From: an uncultured Chloroflexia bacterium
GTDB lineage: Bacteria; Chloroflexota; Limnocylindria; Limnocylindrales; CSP1-4
Direction: 5' to 3'
Length of the DNA stretch: 64,000 nucleotides
Assembly: GCA_963696405.1 (NCBI GenBank)
Contig: CAVOJY010000003.1
Location: 194,407 to 258,406, forward strand
Below the pieces are notes generated by a model. It made no database searches and was not told where the DNA came from. It saw only the letters and a list, made by a program, of their open reading frames with translations. Shown in pieces: positions 19,679 through 28,446 of the stretch. Within the stretch, counting starts at the first letter, position 1. The number at the start of each line of letters is the position of its first letter. Made by a program: the position numbers and the translations under genes.

Positions 19679-21025
19679 GTGGTACGGTTGCGGCCACTCA
19701 CCATGCCCGATCTTCCACGCCTGATTGCCATCCTCGGATCCGGGGAGACCGCCCCCACCATGGCGAAGGTCCACCGTGCCGTCTTCGAACGCCTGGACCC
19801 GCCGCCGGTAGCGGCCGTCCTGCTCGACACGCCGTACGGCTTCCAGGAGAACGCCGACGACATCTCGGTTCGTGCCGTGGAGTACTTCCGGGAGAGCGTC
19901 GGCCGGCCCGTTGCCGTCGCCACCTTCCGGTCGTCGGCAGAGAGCCCGCTCGTCCACGACACCGCCGTGGCCCGGCTCCGTGCCGCGAGCTTCATCTTCT
20001 CCGGGCCGGGCAGCCCGACCTACGCGCTCCGCCAGTGGGCGGGGACGGGTGTACCGCGCGTCCTTGCGGACAAGCTGGCGAATGGAGGCGCCATCGTCTT
20101 CGCCAGCGCGGCCTCGCTGACGCTCGGCGCCGTGACGGCCCCCATCTACGAGGCGTACAAGGCGGGTCTCGACGCGCACTGGCTCCCGGGCCTTGACCTC
20201 CTTGCGGCGGCCGGACTCCCCGTCGCGCTGATCCCGCACTTCGACAACGCGGAGGGCGGCACCCACGACACCCGTTTCTGCTACCTGGGAGAGCGGCGCC
20301 TGGCCGCGCTCGAGAAGGAGTTGCCGGAAGGGGTCTTCGTGCTCGGGGTGGATGGCCACACGGCGCTCATCCTCGACCTTGGTGCGGGGACCGCGAGCGT
20401 GATGGGCATCGGCGGCGTGACCGTGCGGGCGCGGGGCCGCAGCGAGGTCTTCGCGGCCGGCACGACGTTCCCGATCGATGAGCTTCGTGCCGCCGCGGTG
20501 CGGCTGGCGGCGGCGGACCCGGATGGCACGGAGGGAGCGGACACGACCGGCGGGAGGCGCGATGGTGCAGCGGCGATGGTGGTTGAGCCCGTGCAACCGG
20601 GAGCAGGGGCTTCGGCTTCGTCGCCATTCATGCGGGACGTCGAGCGCCTCGAAACCGCGTTCGACGGCGCGCTGGCGTCCCGCGACGTCAACGGGGCTGT
20701 TGCGGCCGTCCTCGAGCTGGACAGGACCATCGTGGACTGGTCGCGCGACACGGCGGAGTCGGACGAGGTCGATCGCGCGCGAGCCGTCCACCGATCAATG
20801 ATCGTGCGGCTCGGCGACGTCGCCGTGACCGGTATGCGCGACCCCCGCGACGCGGTGGCGCCGTTCGTCGAGGCGCTGCTCGAGGTGCGGCTCGCCGCCC
20901 GGAACGCGCGTGATTTCGCTGCCTCCGACCGGGTCCGCGACCAGCTGGTCGCGGCAGGGATCGAGGTGCGCGACACGCCCGAGGGAAGCGAGTGGATGGT
21001 CCGGGAGGCCGCCACGCCCGAGTAG
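19679..21025 (+). CDS. hypothetical two-domain protein (peptidase S51/GATase1-like N-terminus, CysRS/MshC C-terminal-like helical end)
   Basis: N-terminus IAILGSGET...FSGPGSPTY...IPHFDNAEGG. C-terminus ...ARNARDFAASDRVRDQLVAAGIEVRDTPEGSEWMV resembles the tail of cysteinyl-tRNA synthetase-type enzymes. Start uncertain (19679 or the internal Met at 19703). Confidence 0.45.
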   Translation: MVRLRPLTMPDLPRLIAILGSGETAPTMAKVHRAVFERLDPPPVAAVLLDTPYGFQENADDISVRAVEYFRESVGRPVAVATFRSSAESPLVHDTAVARLRAASFIFSGPGSPTYALRQWAGTGVPRVLADKLANGGAIVFASAASLTLGAVTAPIYEAYKAGLDAHWLPGLDLLAAAGLPVALIPHFDNAEGGTHDTRFCYLGERRLAALEKELPEGVFVLGVDGHTALILDLGAGTASVMGIGGVTVRARGRSEVFAAGTTFPIDELRAAAVRLAAADPDGTEGADTTGGRRDGAAAMVVEPVQPGAGASASSPFMRDVERLETAFDGALASRDVNGAVAAVLELDRTIVDWSRDTAESDEVDRARAVHRSMIVRLGDVAVTGMRDPRDAVAPFVEALLEVRLAARNARDFAASDRVRDQLVAAGIEVRDTPEGSEWMVREAATPE

Positions 21026-21069
21026 AGCGATTCCGGACCGGGTGAGAGCCGGGGGCCTGCGGTGGGTGC

Positions 21070-21813
21070 TTACACCGGTGGCCAGGGGATGGCCCGGCGG
21101 TCCGGGTCGGGCTGGGGGAAGGCGCCCCCGGCCAGCAGGCGGTCGATGCGAGCCGACGTCGCGGCGATCTCCCCGGCGGACAGGTGAGCCGCCAGGTCGC
21201 GGCCAAGTTGCTCGTCGAGGGCGGCGCGCAGCCTTGCCAGCACGCCGACCTCCTCGGCGGTGAATGGCTCGCCTCGCCAGGCCCACAGCACCGAGCGCAG
21301 CTTCGGCTCCTCGGCGAAGCAGACGCCGTGATCGACGCCGTAGACGTGCCCACCCGGGACGGGGAGAAGGTGGCCGATCTTGCGGTCCGCGTTGTTCACC
21401 ACGTGATCGAAGAGGGCCATCCGCCGGAGCGCCGGATGGTCGGACTGGAACAACTCGAGGAGATCGACCGTTTCGTCGGGCTCAACCCAGAGCTGCACCA
21501 TGCCGGGGCCAAGAGGTCCACCCCGGAGCACCGTCGGCGGGACGACGTCCCAACCGCTGGCCGAGGAAACGAGGTAGGCGGCGACCTCGCGGTGCGCCAG
21601 GGTCCCATCTGGGAAGTCCCAGAGCGGGCTCTCGCCGCGGATCGGCTTGTAGACGCATGCTGCGCCGTCGCGCTGCCCGCGCCCGCTGGACGGCGTCACC
21701 CGGCAGTACAGGGTGATGTTCGAAGCGCCCGAGATGAGCGCCTCCACGCCGATGCGGCCCGTGGCAAGCAGGCGGAGCATGGCGCCCTCGTCCGACGGCG
21801 CCACGGACGTCAT
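21070..21813 (-). CDS. SCO1664-like conserved actinobacterial protein (PI3/4-kinase-like fold family)
   Basis: VYKPIRGESPLWDFPDGTLAHREVAAYLVS, HVVNNADRKIGHLL and GVDHGVCF. Start taken at MTSVAP (21813). The longer track ORF N-terminus is Arg-rich. Confidence 0.7.
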   Translation of the reverse strand: MTSVAPSDEGAMLRLLATGRIGVEALISGASNITLYCRVTPSSGRGQRDGAACVYKPIRGESPLWDFPDGTLAHREVAAYLVSSASGWDVVPPTVLRGGPLGPGMVQLWVEPDETVDLLELFQSDHPALRRMALFDHVVNNADRKIGHLLPVPGGHVYGVDHGVCFAEEPKLRSVLWAWRGEPFTAEEVGVLARLRAALDEQLGRDLAAHLSAGEIAATSARIDRLLAGGAFPQPDPDRRAIPWPPV

Positions 21814-21847
21814 GCCCGCGCGGCCGCCTGGCTCGAGCTCGCCGCCG

Positions 21848-22423
21848 TCAGTTGACGTACGGGGTCCCGTGGCCGTTCCGGCGCGGGCAGAGGTGCCCCT
21901 GCGGGTCGAGCGGTTGCCCGCACATCGGGCAGGGCGGACGCCCCGCGGCAACCACGCGGCCCGCCCGCCGGACGAACGAATCGGCCATCGCCGGGGGGAT
22001 GCGTACACGAAGGAGGTCCGGACCGTTCGGATCGTCGTCGGGGATCTCGTCCTCCTCGTCCTCGCCCTCCTGGTCGCCCTCACGAATCGCTCGCGCCTCG
22101 ATCACGACCCGCTGGCGGTCGGCATCCCAGGCGAGGGTGAGGGTCCCGGCACGGAACACCTCCTCGAGCGGCTCGTCAAGAGGTGGGATCGGGCCCGATT
22201 CGGCAGGGGGGTCCTCCTGCACCTCCACCCCGCGGCGACGAAGGACGGTGAGGATGTCTCCCAGGCGCTCGGCCAGCGCGGCGACCTGGACCTTCTCGAG
22301 CGCGACCGAGATCACCTGCTGGCCGCGAACCGCCTGGAGGAAGAACGTGCGGTGCCCGGGTTCGCCGATGGTGCCGGCGGCGAAACGGTCGGGTGGATCG
22401 AAACTGAAGATGCGGCGGGGCAT
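21848..22423 (-). CDS. DUF3090 family protein
   Basis: MPRRIFSFDPPDRFAAGTIGEPGHRTFFLQA and C-terminal CPMCGQPLDPQGHLCPRRNGH. It has the conserved neighbourhood with the SCO1664-like gene and the phosphatase. Confidence 0.75.
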   Translation of the reverse strand: MPRRIFSFDPPDRFAAGTIGEPGHRTFFLQAVRGQQVISVALEKVQVAALAERLGDILTVLRRRGVEVQEDPPAESGPIPPLDEPLEEVFRAGTLTLAWDADRQRVVIEARAIREGDQEGEDEEDEIPDDDPNGPDLLRVRIPPAMADSFVRRAGRVVAAGRPPCPMCGQPLDPQGHLCPRRNGHGTPYVN

Positions 22424-22433
22424 GGGGACTCCT

Positions 22434-23087
22434 TCAGTTCAGCGTGCCGTCGTTGGGGGCGAGGCGATCGCCGACCTCCGTGCCCGCGCCGTTCAGCAGA
22501 ATGACCACCGGGCGGAGGTCGGTGTAGCGAATCACGGTTGCCGAGCACGGCCCGGCGGCCAGGCGGTGAAACTGGTCGAGGTGCATCCCGAGCGCATCTG
22601 CGACGATCGCGCGGATGGGATCGCCATGGCTGCACGCGACGTACAGGGCGTCGGGGCCGAGACGGACGTTCCAGTTCCGGATGGCGCCCACGGCCCGCGC
22701 CTGCATCTCCCGCAGGCTCTCGCCCGCGGGGAACACGGCGGCCGAGGGGTGAGCCTGGACGACCTTCCAGAGCGGCTCCTTGGCCAGGTCCCGGAGGCTG
22801 CGCCCGGTCCACTCACCGAAGCGAACCTCCCCGAGCCGCTCGTCCAGCTCGAGGCCGACTGGCTGGCCGTTGCTGGTACGACCGTCGAGAAGCGCGCTCG
22901 CGGTCTCGACGCAGCGCTCCAGCGGCGACGAAACGACGGCGGCGAGCGGAAGCTCTCGCAGCGCCTCGGCGAGGGCCGCTGCCTGGGAACGACCGCGCTC
23001 GTCGAGGTGCAGTCCGGGGGTCCAGCCGGAGAGCGTCGAGCCGGTTTCCGCGGTGAGGCCGTGTCGGACGAGGATGACAGTGGTCAC
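22434..23087 (-). CDS. histidine phosphatase family protein (MSMEG_4193-type putative phosphomutase)
   Basis: VILVRHGLTAETG (RHG motif) and CSHGDPIRA. GTG start at 23087; the alternative upstream start is 23156. Confidence 0.75.
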   Translation of the reverse strand: MTTVILVRHGLTAETGSTLSGWTPGLHLDERGRSQAAALAEALRELPLAAVVSSPLERCVETASALLDGRTSNGQPVGLELDERLGEVRFGEWTGRSLRDLAKEPLWKVVQAHPSAAVFPAGESLREMQARAVGAIRNWNVRLGPDALYVACSHGDPIRAIVADALGMHLDQFHRLAAGPCSATVIRYTDLRPVVILLNGAGTEVGDRLAPNDGTLN

Positions 23088-23312
23088 GATGGCCTCATCG
23101 TATCCGGTAATCCCCGGCCGGGCCCCGGGGCGGCCGGTGCGCCTGCAACGCACCACGGCCGCCGTCTCCGATTTGACACGCCGCGCGGCGCCCGTATGCT
23201 CGCGCCTACGCTCCGCGGATCACAAGCCCGGGCCCGGAGCCCTGCCGCAGTGCGGAGGGCCCGGTCCGCGCGGAGCCCTGAGGTGATCGGAGAAGGGGAG
23301 GGAAGGCGTCCC

Positions 23313-24899
23313 ATGTTCATCCCGTTGTCGGTGCTCGAGTTCCGCGACCGCGCAGCCACCTTCTGGGGCGACCGGGTCGGCGTCATCGACGGAGACAAGC
23401 GGTTCACCTACCGCGAGTACGCCGAGCGCACGCATCGCCTGGCCAACGTCCTCCGCGACCTCGGGGTCGAGAAGGGCGACCGCGTCGCCTTCATCACCTA
23501 CAACACGCACCAGCTCCTCGAGGCGTACTACGGGGTCATCGAGGCCGGCGCCGTCTTCGCCCCCATCAACATCCGCCTCGCCCCGCACGAGATCGGCTAC
23601 ATCCTGGGCCACTCGGCGGCGAAGGTCGTCTTCTACCACGCCGACTTCACGCCGCTCATCGCGGCCATCGCCCCGCAGCTGAAGAGCCCGCCGCAGTTCG
23701 TGGTCATGGAGGGGGAGCCGGGCGGCCCCGCGGCCCACGAGTACGAGGGGCTCCTCGCCGCCGGTTCGCCTCACTACGAGCGACCCGAGTTCGACGAGAA
23801 CGACGTTGCCGAGCTCTTCTACACGAGCGGCACCACCGGGCTCCCGAAGGGCGTCGCGCTGACACATCGGGCCCTCCATCTCCATGGCGTGTACGGGCAG
23901 GTCGCTCTCAACTTCACCGAGGACGACGTGATGCTCCACGTCGTCCCGCTCTTCCATGTCAACGGCTGGGGAACGCCGCACATGATCACCATGGTCGGCG
24001 GCACCCACGTCATGCTCCGCCGCTTCACGCCCCACACGATGGCAGGCCTCATCGAGGAACACCGGGTGACCTACGTCCTGGGGGTCCCGGTGATCTTCAA
24101 CACGCTCCTCAACTTCCCCGAGCTGAAGCGCTACGACTTGTCGAGCCTGAAGCGCTGCATCATCGGGGGCGCTCCTTCGTCGCCCACCCTCATCAAGGCA
24201 ATCGAGGATGCCATCGGCTGCGAGGCGATCGCAGGGTACGGCCTGAGCGAGACGTCGCCCATCGTGTCCGTGGCGTTCCCGCGCCGGCACCTCACCGAGC
24301 GCGAGTCGCCGGAGCAGCGGATCGACCGCCTGTCGATGACCGGCTGGGCGATCCCAGGGGTCCAGGTCCGCGTGGTGGACGCGGACGGTGCGGACGTACG
24401 TCCAGATGGCCGGCAGATCGGCGAGGTGGTCACGAGATCGAACATGGTCATGGAGGGCTACTACCGGGACGATGAGGAGACGGCTGCCACGATCCGGGAC
24501 GGCTGGCTCCACACCGGCGACATGGCCACGATCGACGAGGAGGGCTACTTCCTCATCAAGGACCGCATCAAGGACGTCATCATCCGGGGCGGCCAGAACA
24601 TCTCCTCGGTCGAGATCGAGAACGCCCTCGCCGCACACCCCGCGGTCCTCGAGTGCGCGGTGGTGGCGGCACCTGATGAGAAGTGGGGGGAGGTCCCGGT
24701 CGCGATCGTGACGCTGAAAGAGGGCGCGGAGGCGACGGTGAAGGAGTTGATCGCCCATTGCCGCCAGCACCTCGCGCCGTTCAAGGTGCCCCGCCGGATC
24801 GAGTTCCGCGACCAGCTTCCCAAGGGCGGCACGGGCAAGATCCTGAAGGCCGAGCTGCGTGAACCGTTCTGGGCTGGTATGGAGCGCCGCGTGCATTGA
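23313..24899 (+). CDS. AMP-dependent acyl-CoA synthetase/ligase
   Basis: GGGGAGGGAAGG upstream. Motifs FYTSGTTGLPKGV, GYGLSETS and TGDMATIDEEGYFLIKDRIKD. Only the last 528 codons of track ORF 21852 are coding-like. Confidence 0.85.
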   Translation: MFIPLSVLEFRDRAATFWGDRVGVIDGDKRFTYREYAERTHRLANVLRDLGVEKGDRVAFITYNTHQLLEAYYGVIEAGAVFAPINIRLAPHEIGYILGHSAAKVVFYHADFTPLIAAIAPQLKSPPQFVVMEGEPGGPAAHEYEGLLAAGSPHYERPEFDENDVAELFYTSGTTGLPKGVALTHRALHLHGVYGQVALNFTEDDVMLHVVPLFHVNGWGTPHMITMVGGTHVMLRRFTPHTMAGLIEEHRVTYVLGVPVIFNTLLNFPELKRYDLSSLKRCIIGGAPSSPTLIKAIEDAIGCEAIAGYGLSETSPIVSVAFPRRHLTERESPEQRIDRLSMTGWAIPGVQVRVVDADGADVRPDGRQIGEVVTRSNMVMEGYYRDDEETAATIRDGWLHTGDMATIDEEGYFLIKDRIKDVIIRGGQNISSVEIENALAAHPAVLECAVVAAPDEKWGEVPVAIVTLKEGAEATVKELIAHCRQHLAPFKVPRRIEFRDQLPKGGTGKILKAELREPFWAGMERRVH

Positions 24900-25008
24900 G
24901 CGCACGTCCCGCGTTTCTGTAGTTCAATAGCGGGCTCCGTCCGGCCACCCCCTTCGACGGGCGTCCCCCGTGCGCCCGCGGGCCGGCGCGGGGCGCGGTG
25001 CCTTCGCT

Positions 25009-25467
25009 GTGAGAATCCTCGTCGTCTACGACTCCGCCTTCGGCAACACCGGGCGGATCGCGCGCGCCATCGGGGAGGTAGCCGGCGAATTCGGTGACGC
25101 CCGCGTGGCGAACCCGCAGGCGATCGAGCCGCTGGCCTGCCAGAGCGCCGACGTGCTGTTCGTTGGTGCGCCGACCCAGCTGCACCGCATGTCCGAGCCC
25201 ATGCGCGCCTTCCTGAGGGCGCTCCCACGCGGTGTCCTCGGCGGGGTGTCCGCGGCGGCGTTCGACACTCGCCTCCTTCGCTCCCGCTGGCTCACCGGGT
25301 CGGCGGCATCGGGCGTGGCCCGCGAGCTGCGGCGCCTTGGCTGTCGGCTCGTCGTTCCCCCGGAGAGCTTCTTCGTCCTCGGCCGCGAGGGACCGCTCGA
25401 GCCGGGCGAGGCGGAGCGAGCCGGTCGCTGGGCCCAGGCGGTCCTGGAGCGCGCCAGACGAGCGTAG
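25009..25467 (+). CDS. flavodoxin-like protein
   Basis: VRILVVYDSAFGNTGRIARAI is a typical flavodoxin N-terminus. Start is GTG 25009 or GTG 24970. Confidence 0.6.
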   Translation: MRILVVYDSAFGNTGRIARAIGEVAGEFGDARVANPQAIEPLACQSADVLFVGAPTQLHRMSEPMRAFLRALPRGVLGGVSAAAFDTRLLRSRWLTGSAASGVARELRRLGCRLVVPPESFFVLGREGPLEPGEAERAGRWAQAVLERARRA

Positions 25468-25686
25468 CCCAGGGGACGAAGGCGGTGTCCTTTCGACCTG
25501 AGCGCGCCGAGGCGGGGTCTGCGGCGGCGTGCGTGTGGCGCACCACAGCGACCGCGATTGGCCGGTGAACCACGGTCGCCGGGCCGCGCCCGTGCTCCCG
25601 GCGCAGAGATCCGGCATGTACCGCCCGCGCCAGGTTGAACCGCCCTGACTTTGTTGGAGACTCCACCTGCACAAGGAGGATCTGAC

Positions 25687-26028
25687 ATGGACCAGGAACG
25701 GAGGCCAAGACCGGCGCCCAGGGAGTACACGCCCGAGTTTCGGGAGCGTGCGATGCGTCTCGTCAGCGAGACGATCGAGGCCGAGGGGCGGTCGCAGGGC
25801 GTCATCACCCGGATCGCCCGCCAGCTTGACGTCAACCCGGCGACCCTGCACAGCTGGTTCCGCCGGGCCGGGCAGGACCTGCGTCGCCGCCCGGGCATGG
25901 CGCCGGACCTCGAGCTCCGGGTGAGCCAGCTCGAGCGCGAGAACCGGGAGCTGCGTCGGGCCAACGAGATCCTGAAAGCGGCCTCGGCTTTCTTCGCGGC
26001 GGAGCTCGACCGCCCCGAGACGAGATGA
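25687..26028 (+). CDS. IS3 transposase OrfA (HTH + leucine zipper)
   Basis: AAGGAGGA RBS. YTPEFRERAMRLV...LERENRELRRANEILKAASAFFA is typical of IS3 OrfA. Confidence 0.85.
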   Translation: MDQERRPRPAPREYTPEFRERAMRLVSETIEAEGRSQGVITRIARQLDVNPATLHSWFRRAGQDLRRRPGMAPDLELRVSQLERENRELRRANEILKAASAFFAAELDRPETR

Positions 26029-26912
26029 CCCGCTTCATCGACGAGCACCGCGCGGTGTTCGGAGTCGAGCCGATCTGCCGGACCCTCGGGATCGCTCCGT
26101 CGTCGTACTACGCGTCCAAGGCCCGCACGCCGTCGGTCCGGGAGGTCCGCGACGCGGAGCTCGCGGCCGCCATCCGGCGCGTCCACGCCGCCAACTTCGG
26201 TGTGTACGGGGTGCGCAAGATGTGGGCCGTGCTCACCCGGGAGGGCATTGCCGTCGGCCGCGATCGGGTCGCCCGGCTCATGCGCGCCGAGGGCCTCGCC
26301 GGTGTCCGCCGGGAGCGCCGCACGACGACCACGCGACCCGGTCCAGCCCGGCCGTCGGCGGACGACCTGGTCGCTCGGGACTTCGCCGCCCCGGCACCCG
26401 ACCGGCTGTGGGTCGCCGACATCACGTATGTCCCGCTCGCGCGGGGTGGCTTCTGCTACACGGCCATGGTCACGGACGTGTTCGCCCGGCGGATCGTCGG
26501 CTGGCGGGTGGCCGGGTCGCTCGGCGCGGACCTCGCCCTCGACGCGCTCGACATGGCGCTCGCCGCCCGGGGCCGCCGGCTGCCGGGCCTCGTCCACCAC
26601 TCCGACCGCGGCACCCAGTACGTCGCGGTCCGCTACACCGAACGCCTCGCTGTCGCGGGGGCCGCCCCCTCGGTCGGCGCGCGGGGCGACAGCTACGACA
26701 ATGCCCTCGCCGAGTCGGTGAACGCCCTCTACAAGGCCGAGCTCATCTTCCGGCGCACGTGGAGCACGATCAGCGAGGTCGAGCGCAGCACGGCCGCCTG
26801 GGTGGGCTGGTGGAACACCACCCGCCTCCACGGAGCCTGCGGCAACATCCCGCCGGCCGAGTTCGAGGCGGCCTACTATCGCGCCAGGACGGCCTCGTCC
26901 GAGGCTGCCTGA
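26025..26912 (+). CDS. IS3 transposase OrfB (DDE integrase core)
   Basis: In the -1 frame relative to orfA, with an ATGA overlap. WVADITYV, HSDRGTQY and DNALAESVNALYKAEL blocks (D, D, E context). Confidence 0.85.
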   Translation: MTRFIDEHRAVFGVEPICRTLGIAPSSYYASKARTPSVREVRDAELAAAIRRVHAANFGVYGVRKMWAVLTREGIAVGRDRVARLMRAEGLAGVRRERRTTTTRPGPARPSADDLVARDFAAPAPDRLWVADITYVPLARGGFCYTAMVTDVFARRIVGWRVAGSLGADLALDALDMALAARGRRLPGLVHHSDRGTQYVAVRYTERLAVAGAAPSVGARGDSYDNALAESVNALYKAELIFRRTWSTISEVERSTAAWVGWWNTTRLHGACGNIPPAEFEAAYYRARTASSEAA

Positions 26913-27171
26913 ACTCTGCAACCGAGTCTCCACGAAACCCAGGGCGAACCAGGTCGTCACCCTGCGCGTTACGCAGAAGACGGCACCGACGGCGTCGACG
27001 TGTCCCGACGCCGGTCGCGGTCGTGCGTCACGAGCAAGCGACCCGCACAAGAACTGGACTTCCCCGCTTACCTGGATCGCGTCATGATGATGTCGCGCAT
27101 CGGGCCTTCGCCACGGAGCGGACATCCGACGGCGCGGGAATGAGGATGGCGTGCAGCCGGGAGGGCGAGTG

Positions 27172-28344
27172 ATGGCAGACGTGTCAACGGCGAAGGTTGG
27201 GCGTCGCGCGATGCTGACGGCCGGGCTGGCAGGGATGATCGCAACGGTCGCCGGGGCACTGGGCGCGCCTCGGCGCGTGGTGGCGGGCGATGGCGACGAT
27301 CTCGTCATCGGCAAGATTGCCAACGTTGGCCAGTCGACGACCTGGCTGCACACCACGAACAACGATGGCTTCCACTCCAAGACCGATGGGGGGGACGCCG
27401 TTGTTGCCGAGAGCGGCGCCGCCAACAAGTCCGGCCTCTATGGGCTCAGCACCCACAGCAGCGGAACCGGCGTGTTTGGCCGAAACAACGTCACGGGTAG
27501 CTGGGGCGCCCTCGGCAAGCCGGACAAGGGCGTCCACGGGAAGAGCGCCTCGGGCGAAGGAGTCCTCGGTCAGTCCGACACAGCGAACGGCGTCGTCGGG
27601 CAGAGCGGTGGCGCCGGTAGATCCGGCATCTACGGCTCCAGCTCGCACGCGACTGGGTGGGGCGTCTTCGGGGTTCACACACCGTCCGGCAACTGGGGCG
27701 CGCTCGGGAGGGCTGCCGGAGGGATCCACGGCGGGAGCACGTCGGGCGAGGGGGTTCGCGGCCAGTCCGACAAGGGCGACGGCGTCGTGGGGCAGAGCAA
27801 CGGCGCAGACAAATCGGGCGTCTACGCGTTCAACAGCAACAAGGATGGGTACGGCGCGTATGGCGAGAACGTCCCAGCGGCCACCTTTGGGTACCTCGGG
27901 GGCAGGCAGTACGGCGTCTACGGGCGGGCAGGCGGACCCGCTCTCGCCGGGCTCATGGGCGAGCACACCGGCCAGGGCTGGGGGGTCGCCGGTACGAACA
28001 AGAGCACCAAGTGCAGTGGTGCCCTGGGCGGCGCGTACGGCGTCGTTGCGGGCGCCGAACCGCAACGCATTGCGCTCGCGGTGGAGGGCCGGGTCATGTT
28101 CGGCCTCTCCGGTGTGCTCACCGTCGCCTCCGGCAAGAGCTCCGCCACGCAGGGCGGCCTGACGGGTGGGTTTCTGACACCCGCGACTGCGGTTCACGCC
28201 ACCCTCCAGACGAACCGCGCCGGCGTCTACGTGCAGGCCGCCGTCCCCAACGAGTCGAAGGGCACGGTCACCATCTACCTCAACAAGAAGGTGGCCGCCG
28301 CCACGAAGGTGGCCTGGTTCATCATCGAACGGGGCGCTCCATAG
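27172..28344 (+). CDS. Tat-signal glycine-rich repeat protein, paralogue 1 (unknown family)
   Basis: GGGAGGG RBS. VGRRAMLTAGLAGMIATVAG is a twin-arginine-type signal. About 11-residue G-V-x-G-x-S repeats (EGVLGQSDTANGVVGQSGGAGRSGIYG...). Conserved C-terminal domain shared with the next gene. Confidence 0.7.
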   Translation: MADVSTAKVGRRAMLTAGLAGMIATVAGALGAPRRVVAGDGDDLVIGKIANVGQSTTWLHTTNNDGFHSKTDGGDAVVAESGAANKSGLYGLSTHSSGTGVFGRNNVTGSWGALGKPDKGVHGKSASGEGVLGQSDTANGVVGQSGGAGRSGIYGSSSHATGWGVFGVHTPSGNWGALGRAAGGIHGGSTSGEGVRGQSDKGDGVVGQSNGADKSGVYAFNSNKDGYGAYGENVPAATFGYLGGRQYGVYGRAGGPALAGLMGEHTGQGWGVAGTNKSTKCSGALGGAYGVVAGAEPQRIALAVEGRVMFGLSGVLTVASGKSSATQGGLTGGFLTPATAVHATLQTNRAGVYVQAAVPNESKGTVTIYLNKKVAAATKVAWFIIERGAP

Positions 28345-28446
28345 TCATGCACGAGGCTGGCATGCGCCGTTCGGGGCGCGCAACGTGCCGTGGCGGTAGC
28401 GGTGGCGGTTCGGGTGCGGCCCGGGCGCAGGCAGGAGGGACAGGCA

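Larger units (their letters stand above)
25636..26950 (+). mobile_element. IS3 family insertion sequence, apparently intact
   Basis: Imperfect terminal inverted repeats TGAACCGCCCTGACTTTGTTGGAGACTC (left) and the reverse complement of GAGTCTCCACGAAACCCAGGGCGAACCA (right), with TG...CA ends. Flanked by the direct repeat GGT (25633-25635 and 26951-26953). orfA and orfB in 0/-1 frames. Confidence 0.85.

Noticed and set aside
21852-23312. N-terminal 487 codons of the 1015-aa ORF that contains the acyl-CoA synthetase.
   Set aside because: This part is antisense to the DUF3090 and phosphatase genes and is Arg/Ser-rich. The real start, with an RBS, is at 23313.
25960-26030. Canonical A-AAA-AAG type slippery heptamer for the IS3 orfA-orfB frameshift.
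   Set aside because: It is not present. Only a weak C-UUU-C candidate near 25988 exists, so no frameshift site is claimed.
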